Positions 7,400 through 16,122 of a stretch of 19,882 nt of DNA are shown in pieces (the first letter of the stretch is position 1; the number at the start of each line of letters is the position of its first letter). The translations under genes were made by a program, and so were the position numbers. The notes below the pieces were generated by a model. The model was given only the letters and a program-made list of their open reading frames with translations. It was not told the DNA's origin and ran no database searches. Source of the stretch: a virus (taxonomy: Duplodnaviria > Heunggongvirae > Uroviricota > Caudoviricetes); IMG/VR virus record IMGVR_UViG_2548876858_000016, one strand, 5' to 3'.

Positions 7400-7813
7400 C
7401 ATGTTAACTGTGTGGAGGGTAACACCACGCTTTATGCCCTGCCGAAACCCGAGGTTGTCCTGCGCTGGCGTGAGCAGACCACAGATGACTTCCGCTTCTG
7501 TTTTAAGTTTCCGGCGACTATTTCGCATCAGGCAGCATTACGGCATTGCGATGATTTAGTGACTGAATTTTTGACCCGCATGTCACCGTTGGCTCCGCGC
7601 ATTGGACAATACTGGCTGCAACTGCCTGCCACATTCGGCCCACGGGAGCTGCCTGCGCTTTGGCATTTTCTCGACTCTCTTCCCGGCGAATTTAATTATG
7701 GTGTGGAAGTCCGCCATCCACAGTTTTTCGCCAAAGGGGAAGAGGAACAAACGATTAATCGCGGTTTACATCAGCGCGGCGTTAATCGGGTGATTTTCAT
7801 CAGACACGTTTAA
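7400..7813 (+). pseudogene. yecE: Internal fragment of a DUF72-family host gene (yecE-like), disrupted on both sides
   Basis: Frame encodes ~135 aa (VEGNTTLYALPKPEVVLRWREQTTDDFRFCFKFP...GVEVRHPQFF...) with no plausible start. Assignment to DUF72/yecE is from memory of the family. The fragment sits between the integrase and the serine recombinase. Confidence 0.5.
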
Positions 7814-7914
7814 ATACACCACCTAAAGCGATACAATCTAGGGGTTGGTAGATGATTCGGATGAAGCATCCTCATAACAAGCCCAACTGCTATTAGTTTT
7901 TATGGTGGTAAAGA

Positions 7915-9438
7915 ATGAAACGTGTAATCAGCTACATCAGATTCAGTTCTGAGCGACAAGCCAAAGGCGACTCACTACGCAGACAGTCTAAGATGGTTAA
8001 TGACTGGCTTAAGGCTCATCCTGAGTACTACCTTGACCAAGATTTATCCTTCCGTGATTTGGGGGTGAGTGGGTTCACTGGTAAGCACTTGAAAGGTGGC
8101 TTAGGTGACTTTTTAACCGCTATCGAGAAAGGGCTTGTTAAAGCTGGTGATACGCTCTTGATAGAATCTCTTGACCGTCTGTCACGTCAAGATGTAGACC
8201 AAGCAAGTGAGCTACTCAGAAACATTCTTCGCTCTGGTGTAGATGTGGTCACCTTGTCCGATGGTGAACATTACACACGAGAATCTCTTAAAGACCCGTT
8301 AGCTCTGATTAAAAGCATTCTGATAATGCAGCGGTCGCATGAGGAGAGTTTGAGGAAGTCTGAGCGTATACAAGCTGCATGGAACCGTAAAAAAGAACTC
8401 ATCTCTGAAGGTATCAAGATTTCTAAACGTTGTCCTGCATGGCTTAAGCTTAATGATGACCGTAAAAGCTTCTCTGTAATCCCTGAGAAAGTGGAGACTG
8501 TGAAGAGGTGCTTTCAGCTACGGTTAGAGGGTAAGTCTATCTGGGAGATTGTCAGGACTCTTAATGATGAAGGTCACCAGACGCTTAACCAATATAAAGC
8601 GGGTTCATTTGGTCAAACCTCAGTACAAGACCTTCTGAAAAATCGCTCTGTAATTGGTTACTTCACACCTAAAGGCTGTGAAGAGATAGCTGATTATTAT
8701 CCTGCAATTATAGATGAAACAACATTCTACAAAGTCCAGCAACTATCATATGCTCGTTACGGTAGAAAACCTGCTTCAGATAAGCCAATGGCTGTGAATC
8801 TTTTCAAAGGTGTTATCCGTTGCTCTGAATGTGGTCATGCTCTGATTATCACAGGCTTTAGCGATACAAGAAACGGGATTTATCGCTGTCCCCTTCGTAA
8901 TGAAAACCGTTGTAGTGCTAAAGGGCTGTCACGTAAGCAAACCGATGGTACATTGCTTACCCTGCTATCTCGTCTTGACCGATTTGATAGCGATACGACG
9001 AATACCATCGATACACTGAAGTTACACCGTGAACACATCTCAAGCAATATTGAGAAGCTGGTACAGCTATCACTTGAAATTGAAGATTTGTCAGCTATTA
9101 CCAGCAAGCTAAAACAACTAAAGAATGAGCTATCACAGGTTGATGCGGATATCGAGAAGGAGACACAACGCCTTAAATCTATTGATGTGGGGTGTTTGTC
9201 TGATTGTGACTTGACTACAAAGGCGGGAAGGATTGAAGCACAACTGATAATCAAAAGTGCTGTTAAAGAGGTCGTTTTAAATACTGCTAAACGTCGATGT
9301 AAAGTGACTTTTCACAACGGTAAGGTAATTGACCTACCAATAACAGAAAACCCCTCAGACAACGTTACAGAGGCTATACAGTCGCTTTCTGAAGTCACTG
9401 AGAGGGGTTTAATAGATGTTGATGAGGTTATCATATAG
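7915..9438 (+). CDS. Large serine recombinase (resolvase catalytic domain + recombinase domain + zinc-ribbon)
   Basis: 507-aa ORF; N-terminal YIRFSSERQ with catalytic Ser; Cys cluster CSECGH...YRCPLRNENRC; C-terminal coiled coil. Confidence 0.85.
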   Translation: MKRVISYIRFSSERQAKGDSLRRQSKMVNDWLKAHPEYYLDQDLSFRDLGVSGFTGKHLKGGLGDFLTAIEKGLVKAGDTLLIESLDRLSRQDVDQASELLRNILRSGVDVVTLSDGEHYTRESLKDPLALIKSILIMQRSHEESLRKSERIQAAWNRKKELISEGIKISKRCPAWLKLNDDRKSFSVIPEKVETVKRCFQLRLEGKSIWEIVRTLNDEGHQTLNQYKAGSFGQTSVQDLLKNRSVIGYFTPKGCEEIADYYPAIIDETTFYKVQQLSYARYGRKPASDKPMAVNLFKGVIRCSECGHALIITGFSDTRNGIYRCPLRNENRCSAKGLSRKQTDGTLLTLLSRLDRFDSDTTNTIDTLKLHREHISSNIEKLVQLSLEIEDLSAITSKLKQLKNELSQVDADIEKETQRLKSIDVGCLSDCDLTTKAGRIEAQLIIKSAVKEVVLNTAKRRCKVTFHNGKVIDLPITENPSDNVTEAIQSLSEVTERGLIDVDEVII

Positions 9439-9452
9439 TTGAGATTCTATCG

Positions 9453-10226
9453 TCAGTAGCGCTTATTCGGATTCACCGAAAACTTCTTCAAAGTACTACC
9501 TGTACCAGCATTATTAAGCACCTTTGAAGCTTGCTCATTAGCGGCATCTGAGAAGGTGCTTTTTCCGTTCTTAACTCTGACATTCCTACCACAATTGATA
9601 CGGGCTTGAAGTTGCTCATTAGAAAGTTCACTCGTAGAGCGATTATATAGCTCCTGACACATCAACATACCGTTACCTAAGCTTGTCGTAGTGTTCCCTG
9701 TATTCTTTTTGCTGGTAGCACCACCATCATTTGTAGTAGCTGTCTTTCCAGTAGCAGCCGAAATATCAGTTTGACCCACAATAGCTTTAAAGTTAATTTC
9801 CTGAAAAGTTAGCTGGATTCTTAGACCATTTGAAATACCAACATCTTTAGAGGCTTTAAAGCTTGTAATAATGGAGTCATCAATTTTAATACCATCTTTA
9901 CAGATGACCGAAATAATCTGCTTCTGGTCACGCCAGTTTTCAAGAGTGTCGATGAAGTTCTCCACCAGCTTATTATCTCTTGAGATAAGGATACTACCGG
10001 ATTCACCAACCACAACCACACCACTGATTGAAATAGTTCTTGGTGAACGCATTACATTATCTGTTACAGTCTGCCCTGATTGCATATTTTGAGTGGTCAC
10101 CATCATAGGGCTGTCATATTCCATCTGTTCAGTTGCTGATAAGGTTAAGAAATTATCTGGCTGTCCTTGTAGATGGAAGTAAACACCATCTTTACCAGTG
10201 TAACGAAGCTGACTAGTGTAAATCAT
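9453..10226 (-). CDS. Hypothetical protein (257 aa); possible tail component by position downstream of the tape-measure-like gene
   Basis: Track ORF; GGAGA SD 5 nt upstream of ATG; convergent with the recombinase gene. No domain recognised. Confidence 0.55.
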   Translation of the reverse strand: MIYTSQLRYTGKDGVYFHLQGQPDNFLTLSATEQMEYDSPMMVTTQNMQSGQTVTDNVMRSPRTISISGVVVVGESGSILISRDNKLVENFIDTLENWRDQKQIISVICKDGIKIDDSIITSFKASKDVGISNGLRIQLTFQEINFKAIVGQTDISAATGKTATTNDGGATSKKNTGNTTTSLGNGMLMCQELYNRSTSELSNEQLQARINCGRNVRVKNGKSTFSDAANEQASKVLNNAGTGSTLKKFSVNPNKRY

Positions 10227-10309
10227 TAAATTCTCCTTTGATTTCAGAGACTTAGTGTATTTTAATCATTTTTAACCAAGCCTTTGATATATAAGTGTTT
10301 TCTCTGTTA

Positions 10310-10376
10310 AGCGTGAGCTACGTAAAAAATAATTTTTGGTGGGTATATCTGTTCAGAAGATTTCACGTAGCACACG
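10310..10376. promoter_or_regulatory. Copy A of a duplicated intergenic regulatory element (AAGCGTG..TACGTAAA..GTGGGTAT..CAGA..TTTC..ACGTAGCACAC)
   Basis: Shares ordered conserved blocks with 12501-12594; arms CGTGAGCTACGT / ACGTAGCACACG form an 11/12 inverted repeat; lies upstream of gene 9453-10226. Confidence 0.5.
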
Positions 10377-10389
10377 GATATATAAGAAA

Positions 10390-12480
10390 TCATTCTTCCT
10401 CTGGATAGCTTGAACTTAAGAGCATATCCTGCGTGAACTGGTCATTAGCTGATTGATTGAAAGTAAAGAAAGCTGGTTCATCCGGTCTAACAATTGCTTC
10501 ACCAGTGATATTAACTGACAAGGGCTTCTTAGCTTCTACTGTTAAAGCATCAACCTTGCGTGATAGCTCACTAATAGTCATTGCAAGTTGAGCATTACTA
10601 TTAACCATGTCACCCGTAATAGCTGGTGGAGTTGATTGTGTGTTATTTACGAAGTTATTCATCGGTTCTTGGGAGTTAGCAATTTTATCAGCTGCACTAC
10701 TAAACCAACCTTTAACATCGTCCATAGTGAACACTGGTTTAAGTCCAGACTCTTTAGCTAGCTCTGGTAATTTAGCTTGTGCTTCCATTCGTTCAGGTGT
10801 AGAAGCTAATCTTTCATAACCTGCATAGATAGCACTACCAGCTAATAGCATATTCATAGGGTTTAGTCTTGATGGTTTCCCATTCTTTCTATTCACGTTA
10901 TCCGCTGTGGTATCAGCGACCTGACCTAATCTTGTGATAGCAGTCATAAGCCCGTAAATACTTCTGGTTACACCAACAACTTTATTCACAGCAATAACAC
11001 CAGCCAAGACTTTTAAACTATTAATCAAGCCAGAACCTAAAGCATCAACTACTTTCTTTTGCTCATCGGTTAAACCACGATAAGCTAATGTCACCTCATC
11101 GAAGAATGCTCTTACCCTGTAGCTGATATCAGTCAATGAATCGACACCATGCGACATATCGCTCATCAAGCTACCAAGAGATTCACCAAGACTTTTACCA
11201 CTTCCACCAAGAGCGTTTAAAAGCGTTGTTAGGCTTCTTGTGAAATCTTGAAGACCATTTTCAGAACCTCTGAAGATACTATCAAGCGTGGTATTCCAAG
11301 AGTTTTTCAAGTTCCCTAGTTGTGCCTGTGTACTTTCTGAAATGGCTTTCCAGCCACCTTTAGCGGTGATTTGTCTATTCAGTTCCTGAGTGACCTTCTG
11401 AAGAGTATCGGCAGATTTTAAAGCCCCCTTCTTCATGGCATCAAATAATTCCTGTTCACTCTTTCCGGTTGCTTTAGCGAATACCTGAACCATACCAGGA
11501 ACAGCTTCAGCCAGTTGCCCCTTAAGCTCTTCAGCCATAATCTGACCCTTACCAGCCATCTGTGATAATGCTGTCAGTGCTCGCTTAATCTCTTCTTCAC
11601 TTCTCCCCATCAGACGAGCATAGCCAATCATATTTTTAAAAAGTTCTTCAGAACCTTGAATACCCATAGACTCTTTAGCTGAAGCACCAAAACCAGCAAA
11701 CTGTGATTGCAGTTCAGCGATATCTAAACCCGTTGTTTGAGCTAATGACTTTGTGAACTCTTTTACCTGACCTGCATCTTTATCAAATACGAAATCAATT
11801 GAACGCTCAGCACTTGCACGCTGTAAACCAATTTCCATAATCTTCTGATAACTGGCTAATACAGCCTGCATTGAGATAAATGCACCTGCTGTTTTAACTG
11901 CTGCTGAAGACAGGTTATCAAGACTATTAGCTGCTCTGTCAGCATTAATGCTGGTGGATGTATGACCTCTGGCTTTAGCAATTGCTTCTCTGACTGAAGC
12001 GTTTAACTGAGCTAACTTCTCATTGAATTTTGAAGAATCCATTGACCCGGCTTTAGCAGATAGCCCGTAAAACTGAGATTTGATGTATTTCTGCAAAATA
12101 GGGTCAAAGCCTTTTAGCTTAGACATATTAGCTGAGTAAGCCGCTGTGATTGCTCTGTTGCCGCTAATTAGTGGCTGTCTTGGCTGTCTAAGTGGCTTTA
12201 AAGTATCCTCAATTTCCGTTTTAATCTTAAACGCTCTAGTGTTTTTAAGACGCTGCTCAATCTTGTCAAAGGTCTTATTAAACTTCCTTTCAAGTTGCCC
12301 TAAAGAACTTGTCAGATTGCTGTCAAGTTGCTTGGTATCGACCTTAAACGCTCTATTCAAATTGCGTTCAATTCTTTGTGCTGACTGCAAAGCTGCCTTT
12401 TCAACTCTTTGCAGTCCCTTAATAACGTTTTCATTGAAGCCTAGCTCAACGATAAAACTATCAACTGTGAATTTGCTCAT
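10390..12480 (-). CDS. Phage tail tape-measure-like protein
   Basis: 696-aa ORF; central region (GSEELFKNMIGYARLMGRSEEEIKRALTALSQMAGKGQIMAEELKGQLAEAVPGMVQVFAKATGKSEQELFDAMKKG) matches the tape-measure core pattern; coiled-coil N-terminus; GAGGTG SD. Confidence 0.7.
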   Translation of the reverse strand: MSKFTVDSFIVELGFNENVIKGLQRVEKAALQSAQRIERNLNRAFKVDTKQLDSNLTSSLGQLERKFNKTFDKIEQRLKNTRAFKIKTEIEDTLKPLRQPRQPLISGNRAITAAYSANMSKLKGFDPILQKYIKSQFYGLSAKAGSMDSSKFNEKLAQLNASVREAIAKARGHTSTSINADRAANSLDNLSSAAVKTAGAFISMQAVLASYQKIMEIGLQRASAERSIDFVFDKDAGQVKEFTKSLAQTTGLDIAELQSQFAGFGASAKESMGIQGSEELFKNMIGYARLMGRSEEEIKRALTALSQMAGKGQIMAEELKGQLAEAVPGMVQVFAKATGKSEQELFDAMKKGALKSADTLQKVTQELNRQITAKGGWKAISESTQAQLGNLKNSWNTTLDSIFRGSENGLQDFTRSLTTLLNALGGSGKSLGESLGSLMSDMSHGVDSLTDISYRVRAFFDEVTLAYRGLTDEQKKVVDALGSGLINSLKVLAGVIAVNKVVGVTRSIYGLMTAITRLGQVADTTADNVNRKNGKPSRLNPMNMLLAGSAIYAGYERLASTPERMEAQAKLPELAKESGLKPVFTMDDVKGWFSSAADKIANSQEPMNNFVNNTQSTPPAITGDMVNSNAQLAMTISELSRKVDALTVEAKKPLSVNITGEAIVRPDEPAFFTFNQSANDQFTQDMLLSSSYPEEE

Positions 12481-12500
12481 TCATATTTTTCACCTCTTTA

Positions 12501-12594
12501 AGCGTGTTGTACGTAAATTCTATTTTTCAGTGTGGGTATTAGCTTTACAGATTTCATGAGGATAATTCTTATCCGAATCATCACGTAGCACACA
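12501..12594. promoter_or_regulatory. Copy B of the duplicated intergenic regulatory element, upstream of the tape-measure-like gene
   Basis: Same conserved blocks as 10310-10376 with a ~27-bp insertion; contains CACGTAGCACACAGGAT (12582-12598). Confidence 0.5.
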
Positions 12595-12622
12595 GGATTC
12601 GATAGAAGACTATCTCATATAC

Positions 12623-12663
12623 AAAAAAGGGAGAGCTACCGATGTCACTCGATAATCTCTCCC
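12623..12663 (-). terminator. Candidate intrinsic terminator on the minus strand (GGGAGAG / CTCTCCC stem, 21-nt loop, U6)
   Basis: 7-bp GC-rich stem at 12629-12635 / 12657-12663; on the minus-strand transcript it is followed by UUUUUU (plus-strand A6 at 12623-12628). Loop is long for a terminator. Confidence 0.4.
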
Positions 12664-12688
12664 GTTGATTTTTACCCAACCAATCTTT

Positions 12689-12892
12689 TTACCTAACCAG
12701 ATAATAATTACCATCTTCACCGACAATCTGACAATCACTTGGTAATTTATCAAGACACCATTTAGCGATTCTTCTGATTCTATTCTTTTGCTTAGAGGTG
12801 GATGATTTGATTCGTTTTGGTTTGTTGGGTTGTTCTTTCAATCGTTCACTAATTGCTTTAATAAGCTCATAGCGTTCTGTTAAATCAATCAT
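12689..12892 (-). CDS. Hypothetical small basic protein (67 aa)
   Basis: Track ORF; strong AGGAGGTG SD; Lys/Arg-rich centre (KPKRIKSSTSKQKNRIRRIAK). Confidence 0.5.
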   Translation of the reverse strand: MIDLTERYELIKAISERLKEQPNKPKRIKSSTSKQKNRIRRIAKWCLDKLPSDCQIVGEDGNYYLVR

Positions 12893-12916
12893 TCACCACC
12901 TCCTTTTAATTCATAG

Positions 12917-13657
12917 TTAAAGTGCCTTTGCATATTTCTGAGAAATCTTCACTAACTGCTCAATATCAGCCTGCATAGCAATTTTCTTCTGTGATTCATA
13001 TTCACTAACAAGCTCTTTCATAGTATCAAGCTCTTTTTTAAGCTTTTGCTTTAACTTATCCAGCTTATCGGAGTAATGCTTAGTCAGATTAGCTTCAGCT
13101 AACTGAAGAATCTCTTCATCTGTTTTGTTAGTCATCAGGATATATGAGCCTGTACCACGTGAAGCTTGTCTGACATCCATTAATCGAAAACCGTCAGGAA
13201 TACTTTGAAGCACTTTTGGAACATTCTCTCTTGCTGTACCGAAACCATTGTTGTAATTTCCTTCGTAATAGATAAACGGGTTTGTCTTAAGCTCATATTC
13301 AATATCATATTCTGAAGGTTTCTGAGTTTCTTCGAAGTTTTTGACAACATCATAAGCATTATCAAGCTTGATGCGCTGCTCTTTTAGTAGTGGATAGTAC
13401 TTCCTCTCAAGTGCAATCAGAGCTTCTGTCTTGCAAACATCAGTCATTTCCAGAGGCTCAGGATTGATATATTCAAGATTATTGGCTGGAACAATCTTTC
13501 GCAGCCTTTCTTTTTTGGCCTCTTCATCTGCAAGCTTGGCAATAATTTTGTGATAAGGTTTCATATGTGCATACTCATCTCCTTCATCAGTAAAATGCAA
13601 ATCATATGCACAAGGTTTTCTATCAACAATCGCTTCATGTTCATCACGGATAGACAT
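12917..13657 (-). CDS. Hypothetical protein (246 aa), charged with coiled-coil C-terminus
   Basis: Track ORF; GAGGAAAA SD ~9 nt upstream. Confidence 0.55.
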   Translation of the reverse strand: MSIRDEHEAIVDRKPCAYDLHFTDEGDEYAHMKPYHKIIAKLADEEAKKERLRKIVPANNLEYINPEPLEMTDVCKTEALIALERKYYPLLKEQRIKLDNAYDVVKNFEETQKPSEYDIEYELKTNPFIYYEGNYNNGFGTARENVPKVLQSIPDGFRLMDVRQASRGTGSYILMTNKTDEEILQLAEANLTKHYSDKLDKLKQKLKKELDTMKELVSEYESQKKIAMQADIEQLVKISQKYAKAL

Positions 13658-13692
13658 TATTATTTTTCCTCTTCTAAGATAATTTATGTTTC

Positions 13693-13774
13693 AGTTTTTA
13701 AAAAGCACACCTGACAGCCTACGAACTTAGAAGAGACTTAAAAGGCGGTTTGCCAAGTGCGCTTTTTAAAAGCT
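13693..13774. repeat. 18-bp inverted repeat (AGTTTTTAAAAAGCACAC ... GTGCGCTTTTTAAAAGCT, 16/18) with ~47-bp spacer
   Basis: Seen directly in the sequence, inside a 470-bp ORF-free gap between minus-strand genes. Confidence 0.6.
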
Positions 13775-14130
13775 GAAAAAGCCCTAGATAACTAAAACGC
13801 TATAAAGGGCTAAGGTGAAGAAATTAAAGAACATCCAAAGGATTCAATAACGAATGAACAAAGACTTTTTGAGATAGCCTATCTAGTGTGGGCTAAATAG
13901 GCCATGACGAAAAGCATTGCACCTTTCCAACTCAGAATAACTATCATTGATGTAGAATGATTAATAGTTTAATTCAGGAAGAGTTGCTCTCCCCTATTAC
14001 CATCATCTCATGCTTAAGGTTATTTGTCAACAGCTTTTAACAGATTGATAACATCAATTCTTATTTACTGTGTTACCCACCCAGCAACCAACAAATAAGC
14101 CAAGCAACGTCCAAGCAATTATTAAGCCCA

Positions 14131-14454
14131 TTAGTGAACCCTCACGGAATCCGTAACCAAAATATTATCGCTGTACAGGATTGTCACAGCACCTTTCAAA
14201 AATCGCTCTGGGGAAATACTGTATTTGTTCGTTTGCTCAATAACCAATCTTTTCATATTACTGTCTGTAATTGGTAACATCATTCGAGGCTCGTTAAACT
14301 CCACCGAGTGAATAAAGTCAGAGATGCTTTCCGCATTATCAGCCATTAACTCTAACAACTTATCAAAGTCAATGCTAACACCTACATCAGTGAAAGCCTG
14401 AATCATCATGGCGGTGTCGGTATCAATAAAAATCTGTAGTGGGAAATTATTCAT
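14131..14454 (-). CDS. Hypothetical protein (107 aa)
   Basis: Internal Met of track ORF 14131..14565 (MNNFPLQIFIDTDTAMM...), with AGGA SD 9 nt upstream. Confidence 0.5.
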   Translation of the reverse strand: MNNFPLQIFIDTDTAMMIQAFTDVGVSIDFDKLLELMADNAESISDFIHSVEFNEPRMMLPITDSNMKRLVIEQTNKYSISPERFLKGAVTILYSDNILVTDSVRVH

Positions 14455-14592
14455 TTTTAAAATCCTATAAAAACACATCTTAAATCTGCCAAAATAGCCA
14501 TTCTGAGGCCAGTAACCATGCGGGTTACAGAGGGAGTGAGACACCTTAGTAATAGGGTAGCTCATCTTTGAGTCTCACTCATTCTCACAGAC

Positions 14593-14979
14593 TTACACAG
14601 ACGCTTTAATCTTGTAGTATTGACTACGTGATAAGCCGTATTTCTCAGAAATATAACTTTGTGATTGTCCTTTGGTGATTGCATCAATGATTAAATCTTT
14701 ATCGTATCTGTTACCGTTGGCTTTGTGCTTGTCACTATTTTTAATAGAGTTGAAGTTCTCCATTAATTCAATGGCGTCTTTAAGGTCGCTTTCGTAAGCA
14801 TAATCAAAACCTCTGATAAACTCGAAATCACCATTATCTTTTTGTGCTTCAGCCCAGATATCAAATCTTGAGGCTAATTGCTGGTGGGTAAACTTGGGCT
14901 TATTGGTTTGTGTTACGTCTTTCCAGACCTTACCGTCAAATCTTACCAAATGGTCACGATGCTTATAAAAATCATACAT
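14593..14979 (-). CDS. Hypothetical protein with C-terminal HTH (128 aa)
   Basis: Track ORF; GGAGG SD; C-terminal ITKGQSQSYISEKYGLSRSQYYKIK resembles a resolvase/Hin-type or small-terminase-type HTH. Start overlaps the upstream stop (TAATG). Confidence 0.55.
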   Translation of the reverse strand: MYDFYKHRDHLVRFDGKVWKDVTQTNKPKFTHQQLASRFDIWAEAQKDNGDFEFIRGFDYAYESDLKDAIELMENFNSIKNSDKHKANGNRYDKDLIIDAITKGQSQSYISEKYGLSRSQYYKIKASV

Positions 14980-15257
14980 TAAACCTCCATTGCTAATTTG
15001 TGAATTTTGATACTTAGTAATCTTGCTAAATCCAGTCCAAAGGCATTTAGAGCCTTCAGACTATCAAGGTCATCTTGCTTAATCCTGATATGGTGTCTTG
15101 CTGCCTCTAAACGACTATTAAGCAAATCCTGCTCGTTAATATCACGGTTAATTGCAAGCTTCATCACTGCTGAGTGTGGCAGACCTGTAATGTTTTTGAT
15201 TCGGTTAAGTTCGTCAAAGGCTGTCTTTGTAACTCTGGTTAAAGTGTGCTTAGTCAT
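14979..15257 (-). CDS. Hypothetical protein (92 aa)
   Basis: Track ORF; tightly packed between neighbours in one minus-strand operon. Confidence 0.5.
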   Translation of the reverse strand: MTKHTLTRVTKTAFDELNRIKNITGLPHSAVMKLAINRDINEQDLLNSRLEAARHHIRIKQDDLDSLKALNAFGLDLARLLSIKIHKLAMEV

Positions 15258-15260
15258 TAT

Positions 15261-15824
15261 TTAAAATCCTTCTGCTTGTGCGTACACGTCAAATTCAAAG
15301 TCTGGCTCACTGCTTGTAAGACTGATATTACCAACGGTAATATGATGCTCGACAATACCAATTAACTTTGCGCACATCACAGCAAGTAATGCGCAATAGG
15401 CATCGCTTGGTAACTCATGGCTTAACCTGGTTGCCTGACGCTGGAGATGGTTTGTCACGGTAGCTGAGTTAATTTCATCAAGATTCTTTAGAAGATAAAA
15501 CAATTTCTTGTTGTATTTTGGGTGCCCCTCACTTCTGCAAAATCCGATAAGAATGTCGTCAAGCTTGCTCGGTAATTGCTCGTAGCTGTCAAAGTTAGCC
15601 AGATAATTCTTGATGCTGTTCTTTGTTGTTTTGCGTACTGACATATAACGACTCCTCGGTGTAATTGCCCGAATTACTTCGTCAATGCCTTTGCGTTCTG
15701 CTCTGGTGAACTTGGGTGCTTCGTGGCTGGTGGGGGAGTTTGTGTAGCTGTAGGAGTTGTAGGAGTTGTATCTGTTACGTTGTCTCGATGCCTGAAGCAT
15801 CGCTCTAAATTCTCTGTCGTTCAT
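15261..15824 (-). CDS. Hypothetical protein (187 aa) with in-frame 9-bp tandem repeat
   Basis: Track ORF; AAGGA SD 11 nt upstream; GTAGGAGTT x2.3 at 15750-15770 encodes NSYNSYSY. Confidence 0.55.
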   Translation of the reverse strand: MNDREFRAMLQASRQRNRYNSYNSYSYTNSPTSHEAPKFTRAERKGIDEVIRAITPRSRYMSVRKTTKNSIKNYLANFDSYEQLPSKLDDILIGFCRSEGHPKYNKKLFYLLKNLDEINSATVTNHLQRQATRLSHELPSDAYCALLAVMCAKLIGIVEHHITVGNISLTSSEPDFEFDVYAQAEGF

Positions 15825-15910
15825 TCATAAGCTAGTCCTTATAATTGTTAATTCTCTGTTAACTTATATAGACAATACTAGCATTTTCAAAGACTAATGT
15901 CAAGCATTTT

Positions 15911-15940
15911 TTAACATTTCATTAACATCTGTGGTATAAT
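15911..15940 (+). promoter_or_regulatory. Candidate sigma70 promoter with extended -10 (TTAACA-18-TGgTATAAT)
   Basis: TATAAT at 15935-15940 preceded by TG at 15932-15933; TTAACA at 15911-15916. Confidence 0.5.
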
Positions 15941-16122
15941 GGTTCTATGGGGAGAGTAAAATATAAAGGCGTGGCTATGAGAGTGGTCATATGGTTATTG
16001 CATTGCACACAGACCTCTTCAATCGCTCTGTAACGAGTTAAATGGCCTCTTCAGGTCAACATATAAGGTCAGGTACTTTTTTGTGTCAGAATGCGATTGA
16101 GAGCGTCTTACAAGGAAAACTA

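Noticed and set aside
7602-7793. Track ORF 7602-7793 (+)
   Set aside because: Alternative frame inside the DUF72-like fragment.
8880-10092. Track ORFs 8880-9254 (-), 9821-10024 (-) and 9871-10092 (+)
   Set aside because: Embedded in or antisense to the serine recombinase and the 257-aa gene; Ser/Cys-rich, low-complexity translations.
10607-12559. Track ORFs 10607-10819 (+) and 12146-12559 (+)
   Set aside because: Antisense within the tape-measure-like gene and its upstream regulatory element.
13180-13365. Track ORF 13180-13365 (-)
   Set aside because: Alternative frame inside the 246-aa gene.
14455-14565. Longer N-terminal extension of ORF 14131-14565
   Set aside because: No SD at 14565, whereas the internal ATG at 14454 has AGGA at suitable spacing; the extension is Cys/Trp-rich and atypical.
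15007-15264. Track ORF 15007-15264 (+)
   Set aside because: Antisense to the 92-aa minus-strand gene in a tightly packed operon.
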